Shown here in pieces: positions 1 to 10,086 of a DNA stretch of 64,000 bases (positions are counted from its first letter, which is position 1; the number at the start of each line of letters is the position of its first letter). The translations under genes and the position numbers were made by a program. The notes beneath the pieces were generated by a model that worked only from the letters and a program-made list of their open reading frames with translations, did no database searches and was not told the DNA's origin. This DNA is from a virus, in the IMG/VR virus record IMGVR_UViG_3300046820_000903, positions 1 through 64,000 of that record; one strand, 5' to 3'.

Positions 1-160
1 GGGCTATGGCGGTTATGGGGGCTATGGCGGTTATGGGGGCTATGGCGGTTATGGGGGCTATAACTGTAGCCCAGGTGGCTATGGGGGCTATGGCGGTTAT
101 GGTGGCTATGGCGGGCACAGTAGTTATAGTGGTGGCTATGGCGGATATGGCGGATACGCA
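1..160 (+). repeat. Tandem 9/18-bp coding repeat (ggctatggcggttatggg) encoding (GYG)n
   Basis: Directly visible tandem copies at 1-61 and 77-112, with degenerate copies to about 160. Confidence 0.95.
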
Positions 161-373
161 TCTAGCCGTTTAAAACTATATGGTTATATTGACGGCAACA
201 AATTGGTCCTACGTACTTTGTTAGACCATTTAGGACTTGGTTGCGTAGTCACTGGCGTTGTGAATATGACTGTTACAATGAGTCATCCAAATACAGTTAC
301 GGAAAACGGTGTAACACTTACACTCCCAACTCCAACTGTAACCCAAATTGTTCCTTGGTACATTGTTATCTAA
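2..373 (+). CDS. 3' end of a protein with Gly-Tyr-Gly repeats (5'-truncated by window); probably virion/tail-associated
   Basis: Frame 2 is open from the window start to TAA at 371-373: GYGGYGGYGG...NCSPGGYGG...ASSRLKLYGYIDGNKLVLRT...PWYIVI*. Absent from the ORF track because it has no start in the window. Confidence 0.8.
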   Translation, partial: GYGGYGGYGGYGGYGGYGGYNCSPGGYGGYGGYGGYGGHSSYSGGYGGYGGYASSRLKLYGYIDGNKLVLRTLLDHLGLGCVVTGVVNMTVTMSHPNTVTENGVTLTLPTPTVTQIVPWYIVI

Positions 374-437
374 TTGGTTAAAGTGAATTATATGCGTTGG
401 TAAATAACAGCGCATATAATAATTCTGGGACCAATGA

Positions 438-785
438 ATGGACGATAAAAAACTAAATGAGGCCTTAGCCTTTGCTAATTACAGGCTCACCTTACAGGTA
501 CAGCGTCAAAACATTGAGGCCAGAGTTGAAGCGGCCTTATTAGTATCTTACAATGGTGCTCTTTTTAAAGCATCACAAGCACTTATTAACTTTGTTTCAT
601 TGCGAGTAATACGTAATGAACAAGTGCTAGTAGAAGATAACAGCAATAATGTTATCACTATTGAAGATGCTAATGCTTTTTTAAAAGCACTACTAGATGC
701 ATATGATTCTGCTATGCAATTAAAACAGCAAGAACAAAAACGACTAAAGTCAGCAAGAAGCACACCTAAAATTGTAGGACTCTAA
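438..785 (+). CDS. Hypothetical protein
   Basis: 115-aa ORF leading the operon; TAAATA motif upstream at about 401. Confidence 0.8.
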   Translation: MDDKKLNEALAFANYRLTLQVQRQNIEARVEAALLVSYNGALFKASQALINFVSLRVIRNEQVLVEDNSNNVITIEDANAFLKALLDAYDSAMQLKQQEQKRLKSARSTPKIVGL

Positions 786-786
786 A

Positions 787-1665
787 ATGAGTACCCAAGG
801 CTTCATGATGTTCGCTTACAACAACGAACAATTAGATTATACTCAGTTAGCATTAGTAGCCGCCTACGCTGTAAAAAAGCACATGCCAGACTATCCTGTT
901 GTGTTAGTTACAAATCAACAAAGCTTAGAACATTGTAAAAACACACACGGTCATTTAATGATGGCTGCCGCCTTTGATGACATTGTTTTAACCAATCCCG
1001 AATACGAACGCAACATGCGTCTACATTATGACGGCGCATACCATAGTTTCAATGCACAATTCACTAACACCAACAAGCACGACATTTACAACCTAAGCCC
1101 GTTTGATGAAACAATTTTGATAGACACAGATTACTTGTGCGGCAACAACAACCTATCAAAGCTATTTGGTGGCCAACACGATGTTGCCATGTTTAGGGAT
1201 GCTCGCAACTTAAGATGCGAAGAACCATTTACAACAGAACGTTGGTTACACTATGCTGGTATTCGCATGTGGTGGTCAACTGTGGTATACTGGCGCAAGA
1301 GCGAAGAAGCTGAACACTTCTTTAACATTTGGTCAGCAGTTAAAAAGAACTGGGAGTATTATCGCTTCCTGTATAAATTCCCCGGTACGTTATATCGCAC
1401 AGACTACTCTGCTAGTATTGCAGCTCACATGTGCGATGGCTGGACAGACGGTGGCTTCATTGGACAGATTCCCAACTTTATGCGTTATCAAGATCAGCGT
1501 GATGATATTGTAGAAGTGCTTGGTCCTAATCACTGGGTAATGATGAGCAATCTGCCAGAAGAGTGGAAGAACATGGTTGTTGAAATCAAAGGCGAAGACG
1601 TTCACTTGATGAACAAGAAAAGCATACTTCGTAACTATGATAAGATCATGGAGAACCTAGCATGA
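787..1665 (+). CDS. Putative GT-A fold glycosyltransferase
   Basis: YNLSPFDETILIDTDYL with DxD motif; N-terminal 'YTQLALVAAYAVKKHMPDYPVVLVT' typical of nucleotide-diphospho-sugar transferases. Confidence 0.7.
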   Translation: MSTQGFMMFAYNNEQLDYTQLALVAAYAVKKHMPDYPVVLVTNQQSLEHCKNTHGHLMMAAAFDDIVLTNPEYERNMRLHYDGAYHSFNAQFTNTNKHDIYNLSPFDETILIDTDYLCGNNNLSKLFGGQHDVAMFRDARNLRCEEPFTTERWLHYAGIRMWWSTVVYWRKSEEAEHFFNIWSAVKKNWEYYRFLYKFPGTLYRTDYSASIAAHMCDGWTDGGFIGQIPNFMRYQDQRDDIVEVLGPNHWVMMSNLPEEWKNMVVEIKGEDVHLMNKKSILRNYDKIMENLA

Positions 1666-2363
1666 CATTCTTTGTAATTGTACCGCCGGGTAAAGATAAC
1701 TTAGCTGAAGTTTCTAAAATTGACATTGGTTTTGTGTTGCCAGGTTCTCGAGTTGAATTTGTCAAAGTTGATGCTGTGCCATCTTCACAACTTAAAATAC
1801 TTGCTTCTTTGAATTTAGAAGCAGGTGATGTTATTTGTTTTGCTGGACTATGTGTTAGACGTACTACTATTGATATAATAGAGCTATCTAAATCTACCAA
1901 GTTGAATTATATGCCAGGTGCCGGAGTTGATCATAGAGGTGTACATATTCCTGCTGGTAAAATTAGTTGTAGGCAACCAATTGAAAAAAACTATCAAACA
2001 GCTTGGCCGTACTTAATGGTTATTGGTAATCCTGAAACTGCTAAAATTAGTTTTGAACTATTTGAACATCTAAGTCCTACAGACTATTGGCCTAATTATG
2101 TTCCTGACATGCCAGAACTTATACACCTATTAGGCGTAATATCAATGACAGGATATTGGCAAGTACCAGAATGGTTCAAGTTAGTTGACCTTAGCATTAG
2201 AGACTTAGAGCTTGCCCCAGTAATGTATACTAGCCATACTTGGCATGATTGGATTGCTTTCTACCCAGCCAACAGCAATTTTAAATTAGAAAATCACGCA
2301 CAGCTATTTCCTGTATGGCTCGATGGAAGTGAAAAACCATTGGAGCATTGGAAACGTGGCTGA
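1662..2363 (+). CDS. Hypothetical protein (possibly degenerate glycosyltransferase-like)
   Basis: 233-aa ORF overlapping its neighbours in the operon. Confidence 0.65.
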   Translation: MTFFVIVPPGKDNLAEVSKIDIGFVLPGSRVEFVKVDAVPSSQLKILASLNLEAGDVICFAGLCVRRTTIDIIELSKSTKLNYMPGAGVDHRGVHIPAGKISCRQPIEKNYQTAWPYLMVIGNPETAKISFELFEHLSPTDYWPNYVPDMPELIHLLGVISMTGYWQVPEWFKLVDLSIRDLELAPVMYTSHTWHDWIAFYPANSNFKLENHAQLFPVWLDGSEKPLEHWKRG

Positions 2364-3330
2364 TATTGAGTTTGAATTACGTAAGCGTAAAAAGGTACGC
2401 CAAGACTTCTGGTCTATAAAGTACAATGTACACAATGGTTACATTGAATCTATTGAAGCTGGCAACAAACTTTTACCGGATCATTTAATTGTATCATATG
2501 CCAAAGTAAAAGATATACTGGCTGGTAAACTAAACCAAAACGATTATCGTGTTGCATTCAATGAAAAGCTAGGTGCTCTTGACTTGGTTGATATTAAACG
2601 ACCTAGAGAGTTTAAAAAGAAACAAGTATGGGTTGGATGGTTAAGCGCAGGCGAAGCAGATCTTAACATCTTTAGCCCGCTGAGAATTATACTATTCGGT
2701 GACACTGGTATTATGCGTGTAGAAGCCAGTAGAGAATGGTCTACTAGTTTGCGAGAAACAATGGATAGACGCACAGACCTAGAAGATGTTCCATTCTTTA
2801 TAAGTGATGTCGAAGATCCACATCAACTGTTAGGTCATGATAAAATTAGACTAGTTGACATTGTAGAACGTGGATACTGGGAAAAACGCTTATGGTCATT
2901 CATGGATCATGATAATGTACAGCGAATACTTTACCAAGGGTTGCAAATACGCATAAACATGCCGCCAGTGGCCAGCGAACTGTCATTGACACGTATGGTC
3001 CAATACAGTCCATTCACTGGTATCATTGACGAGTCATCAGTTATCAGTCATCGAGGCCGTGGCAAGCATATTTCTGTTTTTACCAAAGACGGCGGCATAT
3101 GGGCACAAAGTCATTATGAAAAGGGTAATGCTATTGATCATTTAATTGGCAACTTACGTGTAGCAGTTGTAAAAGGAGATGACCCAGAAGATTTTGTTGC
3201 CTGGGCAGAAATGCCAGCACTGATGCTAAGACAGCCACAACCATTTGAAATCTTACCAGATTGGCAGTACCAGAGCACTCCAAGTCTGTTATATAAAGCT
3301 AACAACATTGATATAGGAGTACTATCTTGA
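2356..3330 (+). CDS. Hypothetical protein
   Basis: Long ORF; the likely start is the in-frame GTG at 2356, overlapping the upstream stop. Confidence 0.7.
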   Translation: MADIEFELRKRKKVRQDFWSIKYNVHNGYIESIEAGNKLLPDHLIVSYAKVKDILAGKLNQNDYRVAFNEKLGALDLVDIKRPREFKKKQVWVGWLSAGEADLNIFSPLRIILFGDTGIMRVEASREWSTSLRETMDRRTDLEDVPFFISDVEDPHQLLGHDKIRLVDIVERGYWEKRLWSFMDHDNVQRILYQGLQIRINMPPVASELSLTRMVQYSPFTGIIDESSVISHRGRGKHISVFTKDGGIWAQSHYEKGNAIDHLIGNLRVAVVKGDDPEDFVAWAEMPALMLRQPQPFEILPDWQYQSTPSLLYKANNIDIGVLS

Positions 3331-4298
3331 AAACCCCAATTACAGAATTTGACGTAGTGTTTATCAGCTATGATGAGCCAAACGCAGATGAGAATTACGC
3401 CGACTTGCTAGAGAAATGCCCATGGGCCAAACGTAGCCATGGTGTATATGGCAGTGATGCTTGCCATAAAGCGGCAGCAAAGTTAGCTGAAACAGAACGT
3501 TTCATTACCATTGATGCTGACAACAAAGTGCGCCCAGACTTCTTTGAACTTGAGTTGGACTTACATAAGTTTGATCGCAGTGATGTATTAAGCTGGAGTG
3601 GTAAAAACGTTATCAATGGCTTGGTATATGGCAATGGCGGTGTCAAGTTATGGCCCAAGAAGGTTGTTGAGCAAATGCGTACACACGAAGCAGTTGACTG
3701 TGGAGCAGGCGCAGTTGACTTTTGTTGGGATATTCACTATCATCAACTAAACAACATTTACAGTGATGTGTATAATAACAGTACTCCATATCAAGCGTAT
3801 CGCGCTGGGTTTCGCGAAGGTGTTAAGCTTGCTCTAATTGATGGCCGCCCAATGGACTGGCGTCAAATTGCTGATAAAAACAACTTTAAGAACCATCGCA
3901 GACTACTAGTTTGGATGAGTGTTGGCCAAGATGTACAAAATGGATTATGGGCCATGTATGGTGCTCGCTTAGGTTGCTATCTAACTAACCTACGCAAAGA
4001 CTGGGACTACAAATTAGTTGCTGACTTTGAGTGGCACAATGCTTACTGGGCAGAAGAAGTTATGCCACAGTTTGCTGGCACAGAAGTAACTTGCCCTGTT
4101 AGCAAGTACTCATATGATGCTTCTAAGTTAATGGAAGAAACCAAAAAGCTTGGCAGAGTATTACATCAAGACCTACGCTTAGAAATTGCTGACCTAGACG
4201 AAGCAGGCAGTCGCTTCTTTAAGGCCAGTTACTTTAACCCACATCGTCTTGGCCCAACAGTCAAAGAAAGCGATGTAGAACAGTTTATTGCGGAGTAA
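3327..4298 (+). CDS. Putative glycosyltransferase, paralog 1 of 3
   Basis: VVFISYDEPNADENY...HKAAA...FITIDADN (DxD)...YGNGGVKLW...AYRAGFREGVKL. Confidence 0.7.
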   Translation: MKTPITEFDVVFISYDEPNADENYADLLEKCPWAKRSHGVYGSDACHKAAAKLAETERFITIDADNKVRPDFFELELDLHKFDRSDVLSWSGKNVINGLVYGNGGVKLWPKKVVEQMRTHEAVDCGAGAVDFCWDIHYHQLNNIYSDVYNNSTPYQAYRAGFREGVKLALIDGRPMDWRQIADKNNFKNHRRLLVWMSVGQDVQNGLWAMYGARLGCYLTNLRKDWDYKLVADFEWHNAYWAEEVMPQFAGTEVTCPVSKYSYDASKLMEETKKLGRVLHQDLRLEIADLDEAGSRFFKASYFNPHRLGPTVKESDVEQFIAE

Positions 4299-4301
4299 TC
4301 A

Positions 4302-5174
4302 TTGTTAGATGTATTCTTCATCACAATGGGAGAACTGGGTAGCGATGTCAATTGGAATCGTTTACTAGAGTTTGTCCCAAATGCCAAAAAAGTAGAAAAT
4401 GTAAAAGGCATTTATAACGTACACAAAGCCTGTGCGGAACAAAGTACAACTGATAATTTTTGGGTAGTAGATGCTGATGCGTGGATTGTTAATGACTTCT
4501 CTTTTGATTGGAAACCTGATCCTGCTGTAAAGTATTGGAATGTTCCCGAAACAGAATGTGTTGTTATATGGCCAAGCTACAATCCTGTCAACGAACTTGT
4601 GTACGGGTACGGCGCAGTTAAAGTATTCCCACGTAAACCTTTTTTAGAAGACCGTGGATGGTCTATTGATATGAGCTTGTCAATTGCCAAAGTAGTTGTA
4701 TCCAAAGACATTGTCAGTTGCGAAACACGATTTAACGCCACACCCGAATCTGCCTGGATAGGTGCATTCCGTGAATGTGCCAAGCTGTCAAGTTTATCAA
4801 TGGTAAAAACTCGTATTCGTAAATCTGTTGCCGCAGAAACAAAAAGTTTACTAGACCTTGAAAATCATATACAGTCTCAACCATGGGACAACAATAAAAA
4901 AGCAAACTATCGTCGCACACAAACCTTGCTAATACAAGAACGTTATAAAGACGAGCAAAGTATTTTCAAGTACTGGGAAGAAATTGAAACTTACAGTCGA
5001 CGTAGATTAACTTGGTGTACACATGGATGGCACAAGACAAACGGAAACTACTCACTGCTAGGGGCACAGGCTGGCAGCAAATTTGGATTAGAAAACAGTG
5101 ACAACCTAGATGCATTAGATCTGATCAATGACTGGGATTGGCTAAAAAAGGAATTTAAAAATGTCAATGTTTAA
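4302..5174 (+). CDS. Putative glycosyltransferase, paralog 2 of 3
   Basis: HKACA...FWVVDADAW...YGYGAVKVF...AWIGAFRECAKL; same motif order as its neighbours. Confidence 0.7.
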   Translation: MLDVFFITMGELGSDVNWNRLLEFVPNAKKVENVKGIYNVHKACAEQSTTDNFWVVDADAWIVNDFSFDWKPDPAVKYWNVPETECVVIWPSYNPVNELVYGYGAVKVFPRKPFLEDRGWSIDMSLSIAKVVVSKDIVSCETRFNATPESAWIGAFRECAKLSSLSMVKTRIRKSVAAETKSLLDLENHIQSQPWDNNKKANYRRTQTLLIQERYKDEQSIFKYWEEIETYSRRRLTWCTHGWHKTNGNYSLLGAQAGSKFGLENSDNLDALDLINDWDWLKKEFKNVNV

Positions 5175-6129
5175 TGTTATCAAGAACCCAACAATCTATA
5201 AAAAGATGTTGGATGTTCCTGTTGTGTTTTTAAGTTTTGATGAACCCAATGCAGATGAGAATTGGGAATTGCTAAAGTCAATAACACCACACAAGAACAT
5301 TGCCAGAGTACATGGCGTTGTTGGATTTGATGCGGCACATAAAGCCGCTGCCGCTGAGTTCCCGAAGAGTGAATATATTATCACAGTTGATGCTGATAAC
5401 AAAGTTGATCCAAAATTCTTTGATAAGTTTTTACCAGAAGGCATGGACGGTAAAGTTAGCTTTACCTGGGGCGGCCGCCAGTTTACAAATGGCCTAATGT
5501 ATGGCAACGGTGGATTGAAAATGTGGAGCACAGAACATCTTGCTAATATGCGTAGTCATGAATTGGCCACAGAGGAACGAGATGCTGTTGATTTTTGTTG
5601 GGATTTCAACAGGTATAAAGAACTAGCAGGTTGCCATTCTACTGTGTACACCAATGCCAGTGCTTATCAGGCCTTTAGAGTTGGATTTAGAGAAGGTGTC
5701 AAGCTTAGTATGGAACAAGGCCAGGTAATACCATTTGCTGATTGGACAACGACCATGCATGCCGCAAACTTTCAACGTTTATTGACATGGATGACAGTGG
5801 GTGCTGATGTTGAAAATGGTGCCTGGAGCATGTTTGGCGCTAGGTTAGCTGTTAAACTTTTACAATACGATGACTTTGATTTTGTAAACATTAGAGATTA
5901 TGCCTGGTTCAATGAATTCTTTGCTGAAGAATCAAAGCATAATCCTACCAAAGCCAGTAAGGCTCTTGGAAAACAAATTAGCCAAGGACTTGGTTGGGTA
6001 CTTCCAGACTTTGATGAGGATCAGAGTCGATTTGTCAAAATGACTCAATTGCATCCTGCCAAGTCATTGACATACGAAGATGTTCGTTGGAGAACAAATT
6101 TAAAACTATTTGGATGGTTCAATGGATAA
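5161..6129 (+). CDS. Putative glycosyltransferase, paralog 3 of 3
   Basis: VVFLSFDEPNADENW...HKAAA...ITVDADN...YGNGGLKMW...AFRVGFREGVKL. Confidence 0.7.
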   Translation: MSMFNVIKNPTIYKKMLDVPVVFLSFDEPNADENWELLKSITPHKNIARVHGVVGFDAAHKAAAAEFPKSEYIITVDADNKVDPKFFDKFLPEGMDGKVSFTWGGRQFTNGLMYGNGGLKMWSTEHLANMRSHELATEERDAVDFCWDFNRYKELAGCHSTVYTNASAYQAFRVGFREGVKLSMEQGQVIPFADWTTTMHAANFQRLLTWMTVGADVENGAWSMFGARLAVKLLQYDDFDFVNIRDYAWFNEFFAEESKHNPTKASKALGKQISQGLGWVLPDFDEDQSRFVKMTQLHPAKSLTYEDVRWRTNLKLFGWFNG

Positions 6130-7312
6130 TATTAAACCAATAGACAACAACTCAGAGCTACGTAGTTCGTTGATTTATTTTGTTGATGAAGCCATTGGCT
6201 GGCGCAAAAGTTTACATCATTATCAACGTTTCCTTGAAACAGGTGAAACCATTGAACTTGAGCATCTTATCATTGAAGTAGGCCGCGAACACTTTTTTGA
6301 TTTTTATCCGTTGTTGAATGCTGTTAAAGAAAACAATGACAGAGAAGGCATGATGACAATATATCATGGCATGGAAAGAGGGCTTTACGTTCCAGAGTCT
6401 TGGGAAGTCGTCGGGGGGAAAAAACTTAACACAGTAAGCGTTGAGTTTAGTGATAATCTTTTCAACACTACAGCAAGCTGGTGGAAACTTCGAGACTGGA
6501 CAGAAAACAATATCAAAGAAACTGGGACAGATGGACTTTCAGTTTTAGCACTAGCTCACCAGATTATTATTGATGCTAGAAATGATTTCTACAAGATCTT
6601 TGAACTATTTGAAGTACTACTTGGAAACAATACTCTTTTATCCTGTATTGCAGATACTGATATTAAAAAGTTAGGCAAAGTCGTTGGAACATATTATCCA
6701 CTACAAGCAAGGCACATAGAACGCTTGGCATCAGCTGTGGCAAACAATCCAACTCTAAATTGGAAAGATGCACTAAGTCGCAATCAAGTGAAAAGTAAGT
6801 TATGGCTCATTGACAAACTTAAAGAACACAGGATGTATCCAGAGAAACGCAGACTCACTGACCCAGAACACACAACTATTATTGTAGGTGGCTGGGTAGG
6901 CCTGCTGCCGTTTCTAATGTCAATGAAAAATATGCATCTAGATAGTGTTGTTAATGTTGACATTGATTCGTCTGTACACATTGCGGCTAACGAATTAAAT
7001 CTTGGAAACTTTACAAAGTTTAAAAATTCCAAAGAAGATATACGTACCTTGGACTTTACAAAGTTCAAGAAACTACTCGTCATTGACACTATTGTAGAAC
7101 ACTTTGAGAATCATGGTGAATGGGTAGCAACATTACCTAGCAACGCAAACATTGTACTACAAGGCAACGATATGTTCCATGTACCCGACCATGTCAACTG
7201 CCATAAGACGCTAGAAGAATTTACCGACTCGTGTGGATTGACTGATAAAAAATGGTCCGGCGAATTACCGCTGTATAAGTGTAATAGATATATGGCTATT
7301 GGAAAAGTATGA
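6122..7312 (+). CDS. Protein with C-terminal class I SAM-dependent methyltransferase-like domain
   Basis: IIVGGWVGLL glycine loop followed by VVNVDID acidic strand; ATG at 6122. Confidence 0.6.
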   Translation: MDNIKPIDNNSELRSSLIYFVDEAIGWRKSLHHYQRFLETGETIELEHLIIEVGREHFFDFYPLLNAVKENNDREGMMTIYHGMERGLYVPESWEVVGGKKLNTVSVEFSDNLFNTTASWWKLRDWTENNIKETGTDGLSVLALAHQIIIDARNDFYKIFELFEVLLGNNTLLSCIADTDIKKLGKVVGTYYPLQARHIERLASAVANNPTLNWKDALSRNQVKSKLWLIDKLKEHRMYPEKRRLTDPEHTTIIVGGWVGLLPFLMSMKNMHLDSVVNVDIDSSVHIAANELNLGNFTKFKNSKEDIRTLDFTKFKKLLVIDTIVEHFENHGEWVATLPSNANIVLQGNDMFHVPDHVNCHKTLEEFTDSCGLTDKKWSGELPLYKCNRYMAIGKV

Positions 7313-7824
7313 GCCTGAGAGCAGAACGCACTCCTGTGCAAATAGATTTGCAACGTCTAATTGAAGAAGCAATGAAGTTGACATGGGACGAAGAAACACA
7401 ACAAACTAGATTTCAAGTTGCTATCCAAAATGGTGGTACGCATGATTGGGATGAAGGGACCGGGTCTAGGCCGGGTGTAGCCGAAACACAATGGGATAAG
7501 TTGCATCCAAATTTAGTTGGCACTTGGTGGGACACTGATTTCTTTCCTAGCTTGCCATGGAAAGTGTATCGCACACGTATTATGACTATGGAAGGTCGTA
7601 AGTGCTACAGTATACACAAAGATGACAATCCAAGATTGCATATTGCGTTAAAGACAACCAATCAGGCAAGATTTATCTTTACCAAACCCCCAGAGATTAT
7701 ACACATACCAGCAGATGGGCATGTATGGTGGGTAGATACACGCAACGAACACACAGCAATAAATGGCGCAATTGAACCAAGAGTACATTTGCTAATGAGC
7801 TTGGCTAACACTGATAAAGATTAA
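7309..7824 (+). CDS. Aspartyl/asparaginyl beta-hydroxylase-like 2OG-Fe(II) oxygenase
   Basis: YSIHKD...RLHIAL...HIPADG..WWVDTRNEHTAING...RVHL; HxD...H facial triad. Confidence 0.75.
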   Translation: MSLRAERTPVQIDLQRLIEEAMKLTWDEETQQTRFQVAIQNGGTHDWDEGTGSRPGVAETQWDKLHPNLVGTWWDTDFFPSLPWKVYRTRIMTMEGRKCYSIHKDDNPRLHIALKTTNQARFIFTKPPEIIHIPADGHVWWVDTRNEHTAINGAIEPRVHLLMSLANTDKD

Positions 7825-7839
7825 TGGCTACATACACAT

Positions 7840-8502
7840 ATGAGTTTATATGTAAAAACAACCAACGCTGATGAATTTGAAGAGTATAGAAATGATTACA
7901 TTGTCTTCTTGAAAAAAATTGCACACTTAAAAAGTCCTGCTTTTGTTAATATGGGTCCACAGATGCCCATGGGATTTTTACATCTGGTTGATAATTTAAA
8001 ACGTTGGCGTAAGGACGAAGGGCAAATTAGTTTGCTCTATGATGATGTAAGTGGATCAATAGTTGGTATCAGCGCAGTTGAAAAATGCCAATTGTCAACT
8101 CATCTTAGTTCAGGTGGTAATCGTTGTTGGATACTTCCAAAGTATAGACAAAACAATGAAATAACAAAGTATCTTTTAAAATCTAATTTGGATTGGACTA
8201 GAACCCAAGGCAACGCCGGAATGATGCTCACATTCAATGAGTACAATAAATGGATATATGATACCATTCTAAAACTGTCTACCAACTCTGGTGCTACGCT
8301 AGGTACAGTATGGAGCGATTGGTGGGATGACTGCTATGCATTGCCAAGGATGGTACGACTACACAATACTCCGCAATGGGCTGTAATAAAACCATTGAAC
8401 CAAGAAAGTTGGGAGTCACTGATTGAAGAATTAGACAAGAAGTATGGCGTAAGAGATAAGCCCTTTATCACAACATCAGTAAAAAATGTCCAATATCGTT
8501 AA
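7840..8502 (+). CDS. GNAT-like acyltransferase
   Basis: IVGISAV...RCWILPKYRQ, resembling GNAT motif A. Confidence 0.5.
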   Translation: MSLYVKTTNADEFEEYRNDYIVFLKKIAHLKSPAFVNMGPQMPMGFLHLVDNLKRWRKDEGQISLLYDDVSGSIVGISAVEKCQLSTHLSSGGNRCWILPKYRQNNEITKYLLKSNLDWTRTQGNAGMMLTFNEYNKWIYDTILKLSTNSGATLGTVWSDWWDDCYALPRMVRLHNTPQWAVIKPLNQESWESLIEELDKKYGVRDKPFITTSVKNVQYR

Positions 8503-9439
8503 TACAGAAAACAACTTCCTTACCTACTACTATAACGATGACCCCAATCAGCGTTGGAGGTATGACAAGTATGACACAACTCATATGCAAGTTAAGGGAT
8601 GTACTCGTCGCCCGTTCAGCTTTAAAACAGAAATTGTTCGAACAGCAAGAGCATTAACAGCCATTTATCCTGACATTACTGTTTTCATGAGTGGTGGTCT
8701 TGATAGTGAAATAGCATTACGAGCATTTTTAGCCGCAGGACTTAAACCCAAGTTAGCAACAGTTCGATTTCCAAATGGAGCAAATGATCATGACATTGGT
8801 CCTATGCTAAAGATGATTGCCCACATGGGCCTAGACTGCCAGATTATAGATTTTGATATAGAAAAGTTTGTTGAGTCCGGAGAGTGTTATGAAGTTGCAA
8901 AACGCTATCAAGCATATAGTCTATATCAACAAATGCTATTACGTGTAGCAGAAAATTATGCGGCACCAATGATCACGGTCGACGAAGTTGAGTTAGAAAA
9001 AATTCCTAGGATTGATTGGGACACAGGCAAAAGTAAGCTAGAATGGAACTTTTTAAAGAAGGAAGACCAAGACGGAGTATGGAGAAGGTTCAACGATAAG
9101 ACAGGGATACCTGCACTAAACAATTTTTATACATACAGTCCCGAGTCAATGTTAGCTTTTTTAGATATACCAATAGTTGACGATTTAATCAATGATAGAA
9201 TATATGGCAAGCTTGGATGGACCAGTAGTAAAATTCAAATTTACTCAGACACTGGCTTTCAGTTTAAGCCAAGACCAAAGTTTACTGGGGTAGAAAATTA
9301 TATGCATCTGTGGAATCAGGTACAGTACAACATTGCAGAACATCTAGGGGAGATTATACCTGCGTTCTATGTAATTCCAGCACTGGAATTAAGAAACAAT
9401 TTAAGAGTAGGGAAAGAATCAATATGTCATTCATTTTAA
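8486..9439 (+). CDS. PP-loop (adenine nucleotide alpha-hydrolase / asparagine-synthase-like) ATPase
   Basis: TVFMSGGLDSEIAL PP-loop motif. Confidence 0.7.
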   Translation: MSNIVNTENNFLTYYYNDDPNQRWRYDKYDTTHMQVKGCTRRPFSFKTEIVRTARALTAIYPDITVFMSGGLDSEIALRAFLAAGLKPKLATVRFPNGANDHDIGPMLKMIAHMGLDCQIIDFDIEKFVESGECYEVAKRYQAYSLYQQMLLRVAENYAAPMITVDEVELEKIPRIDWDTGKSKLEWNFLKKEDQDGVWRRFNDKTGIPALNNFYTYSPESMLAFLDIPIVDDLINDRIYGKLGWTSSKIQIYSDTGFQFKPRPKFTGVENYMHLWNQVQYNIAEHLGEIIPAFYVIPALELRNNLRVGKESICHSF

Positions 9440-10086
9440 AACCGTTAAACGAAAACGATATCGACTTCATGGTAGCGTCGGCTGTTAGCATCTACGAAGA
9501 CAGTGATCCCGACAAGTACCCTGACTTTAAAATTACCAATGACCTAGACAGGGAAACTCGTTTTAGAAAGTTTTTTAGACTGTTTGTAATGCCTGCAAGA
9601 TTTAACAATCATAATGTGCGTAAAGCATTTGGATTGTTTAAAGACGACGAGTGTGTTGCATTAGTGGGAGTTAGGCGTTGGGCACACATGCCTAGCTGGA
9701 GCATTAGCTGGTTATTAAGTCCTAGTATTGGTCCTCGTTTTATTCCTATGTTTAGAATTATAGTTGCCGAACTATGCAAGTTCCACGAAGAAGCTGGTAT
9801 GAATGAATTCTTTGTTTCCTATCCGTCTAGTAGAGAATCAGCATATAGCAGAATTATGGCGCCAGTACGTGAACGTTATTACAGCTTTGTTGAGTGTACT
9901 ATTAAAAAAGGCGAAAGACATTCGTATGGATTTATTCATGAACTAATGGGCGGCGTATTACATCCACACGATATGAGTTTAAGAAGATATATACTGAGAA
10001 GAGAGAATACAGAGCCGCTCAACGCCGGCGGAAAAGTAATAAGAAATAAAAAAGAGACTACTGATGACAATAATAGCATGGCTTGA
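9424..10086 (+). CDS. GNAT-like protein
   Basis: Likely start MSFILKPLNENDID at 9424; KAFGLFKDDECVALVGV beta-hairpin typical of GNATs. Confidence 0.5.
   Translation: MSFILKPLNENDIDFMVASAVSIYEDSDPDKYPDFKITNDLDRETRFRKFFRLFVMPARFNNHNVRKAFGLFKDDECVALVGVRRWAHMPSWSISWLLSPSIGPRFIPMFRIIVAELCKFHEEAGMNEFFVSYPSSRESAYSRIMAPVRERYYSFVECTIKKGERHSYGFIHELMGGVLHPHDMSLRRYILRRENTEPLNAGGKVIRNKKETTDDNNSMA

Noticed and set aside
1-160. Tandem repeat as a CRISPR array or telomere-like repeat
   Set aside because: There are no unique spacers; the unit is a multiple of 3 and reads as an open Gly-Tyr frame with synonymous variation.
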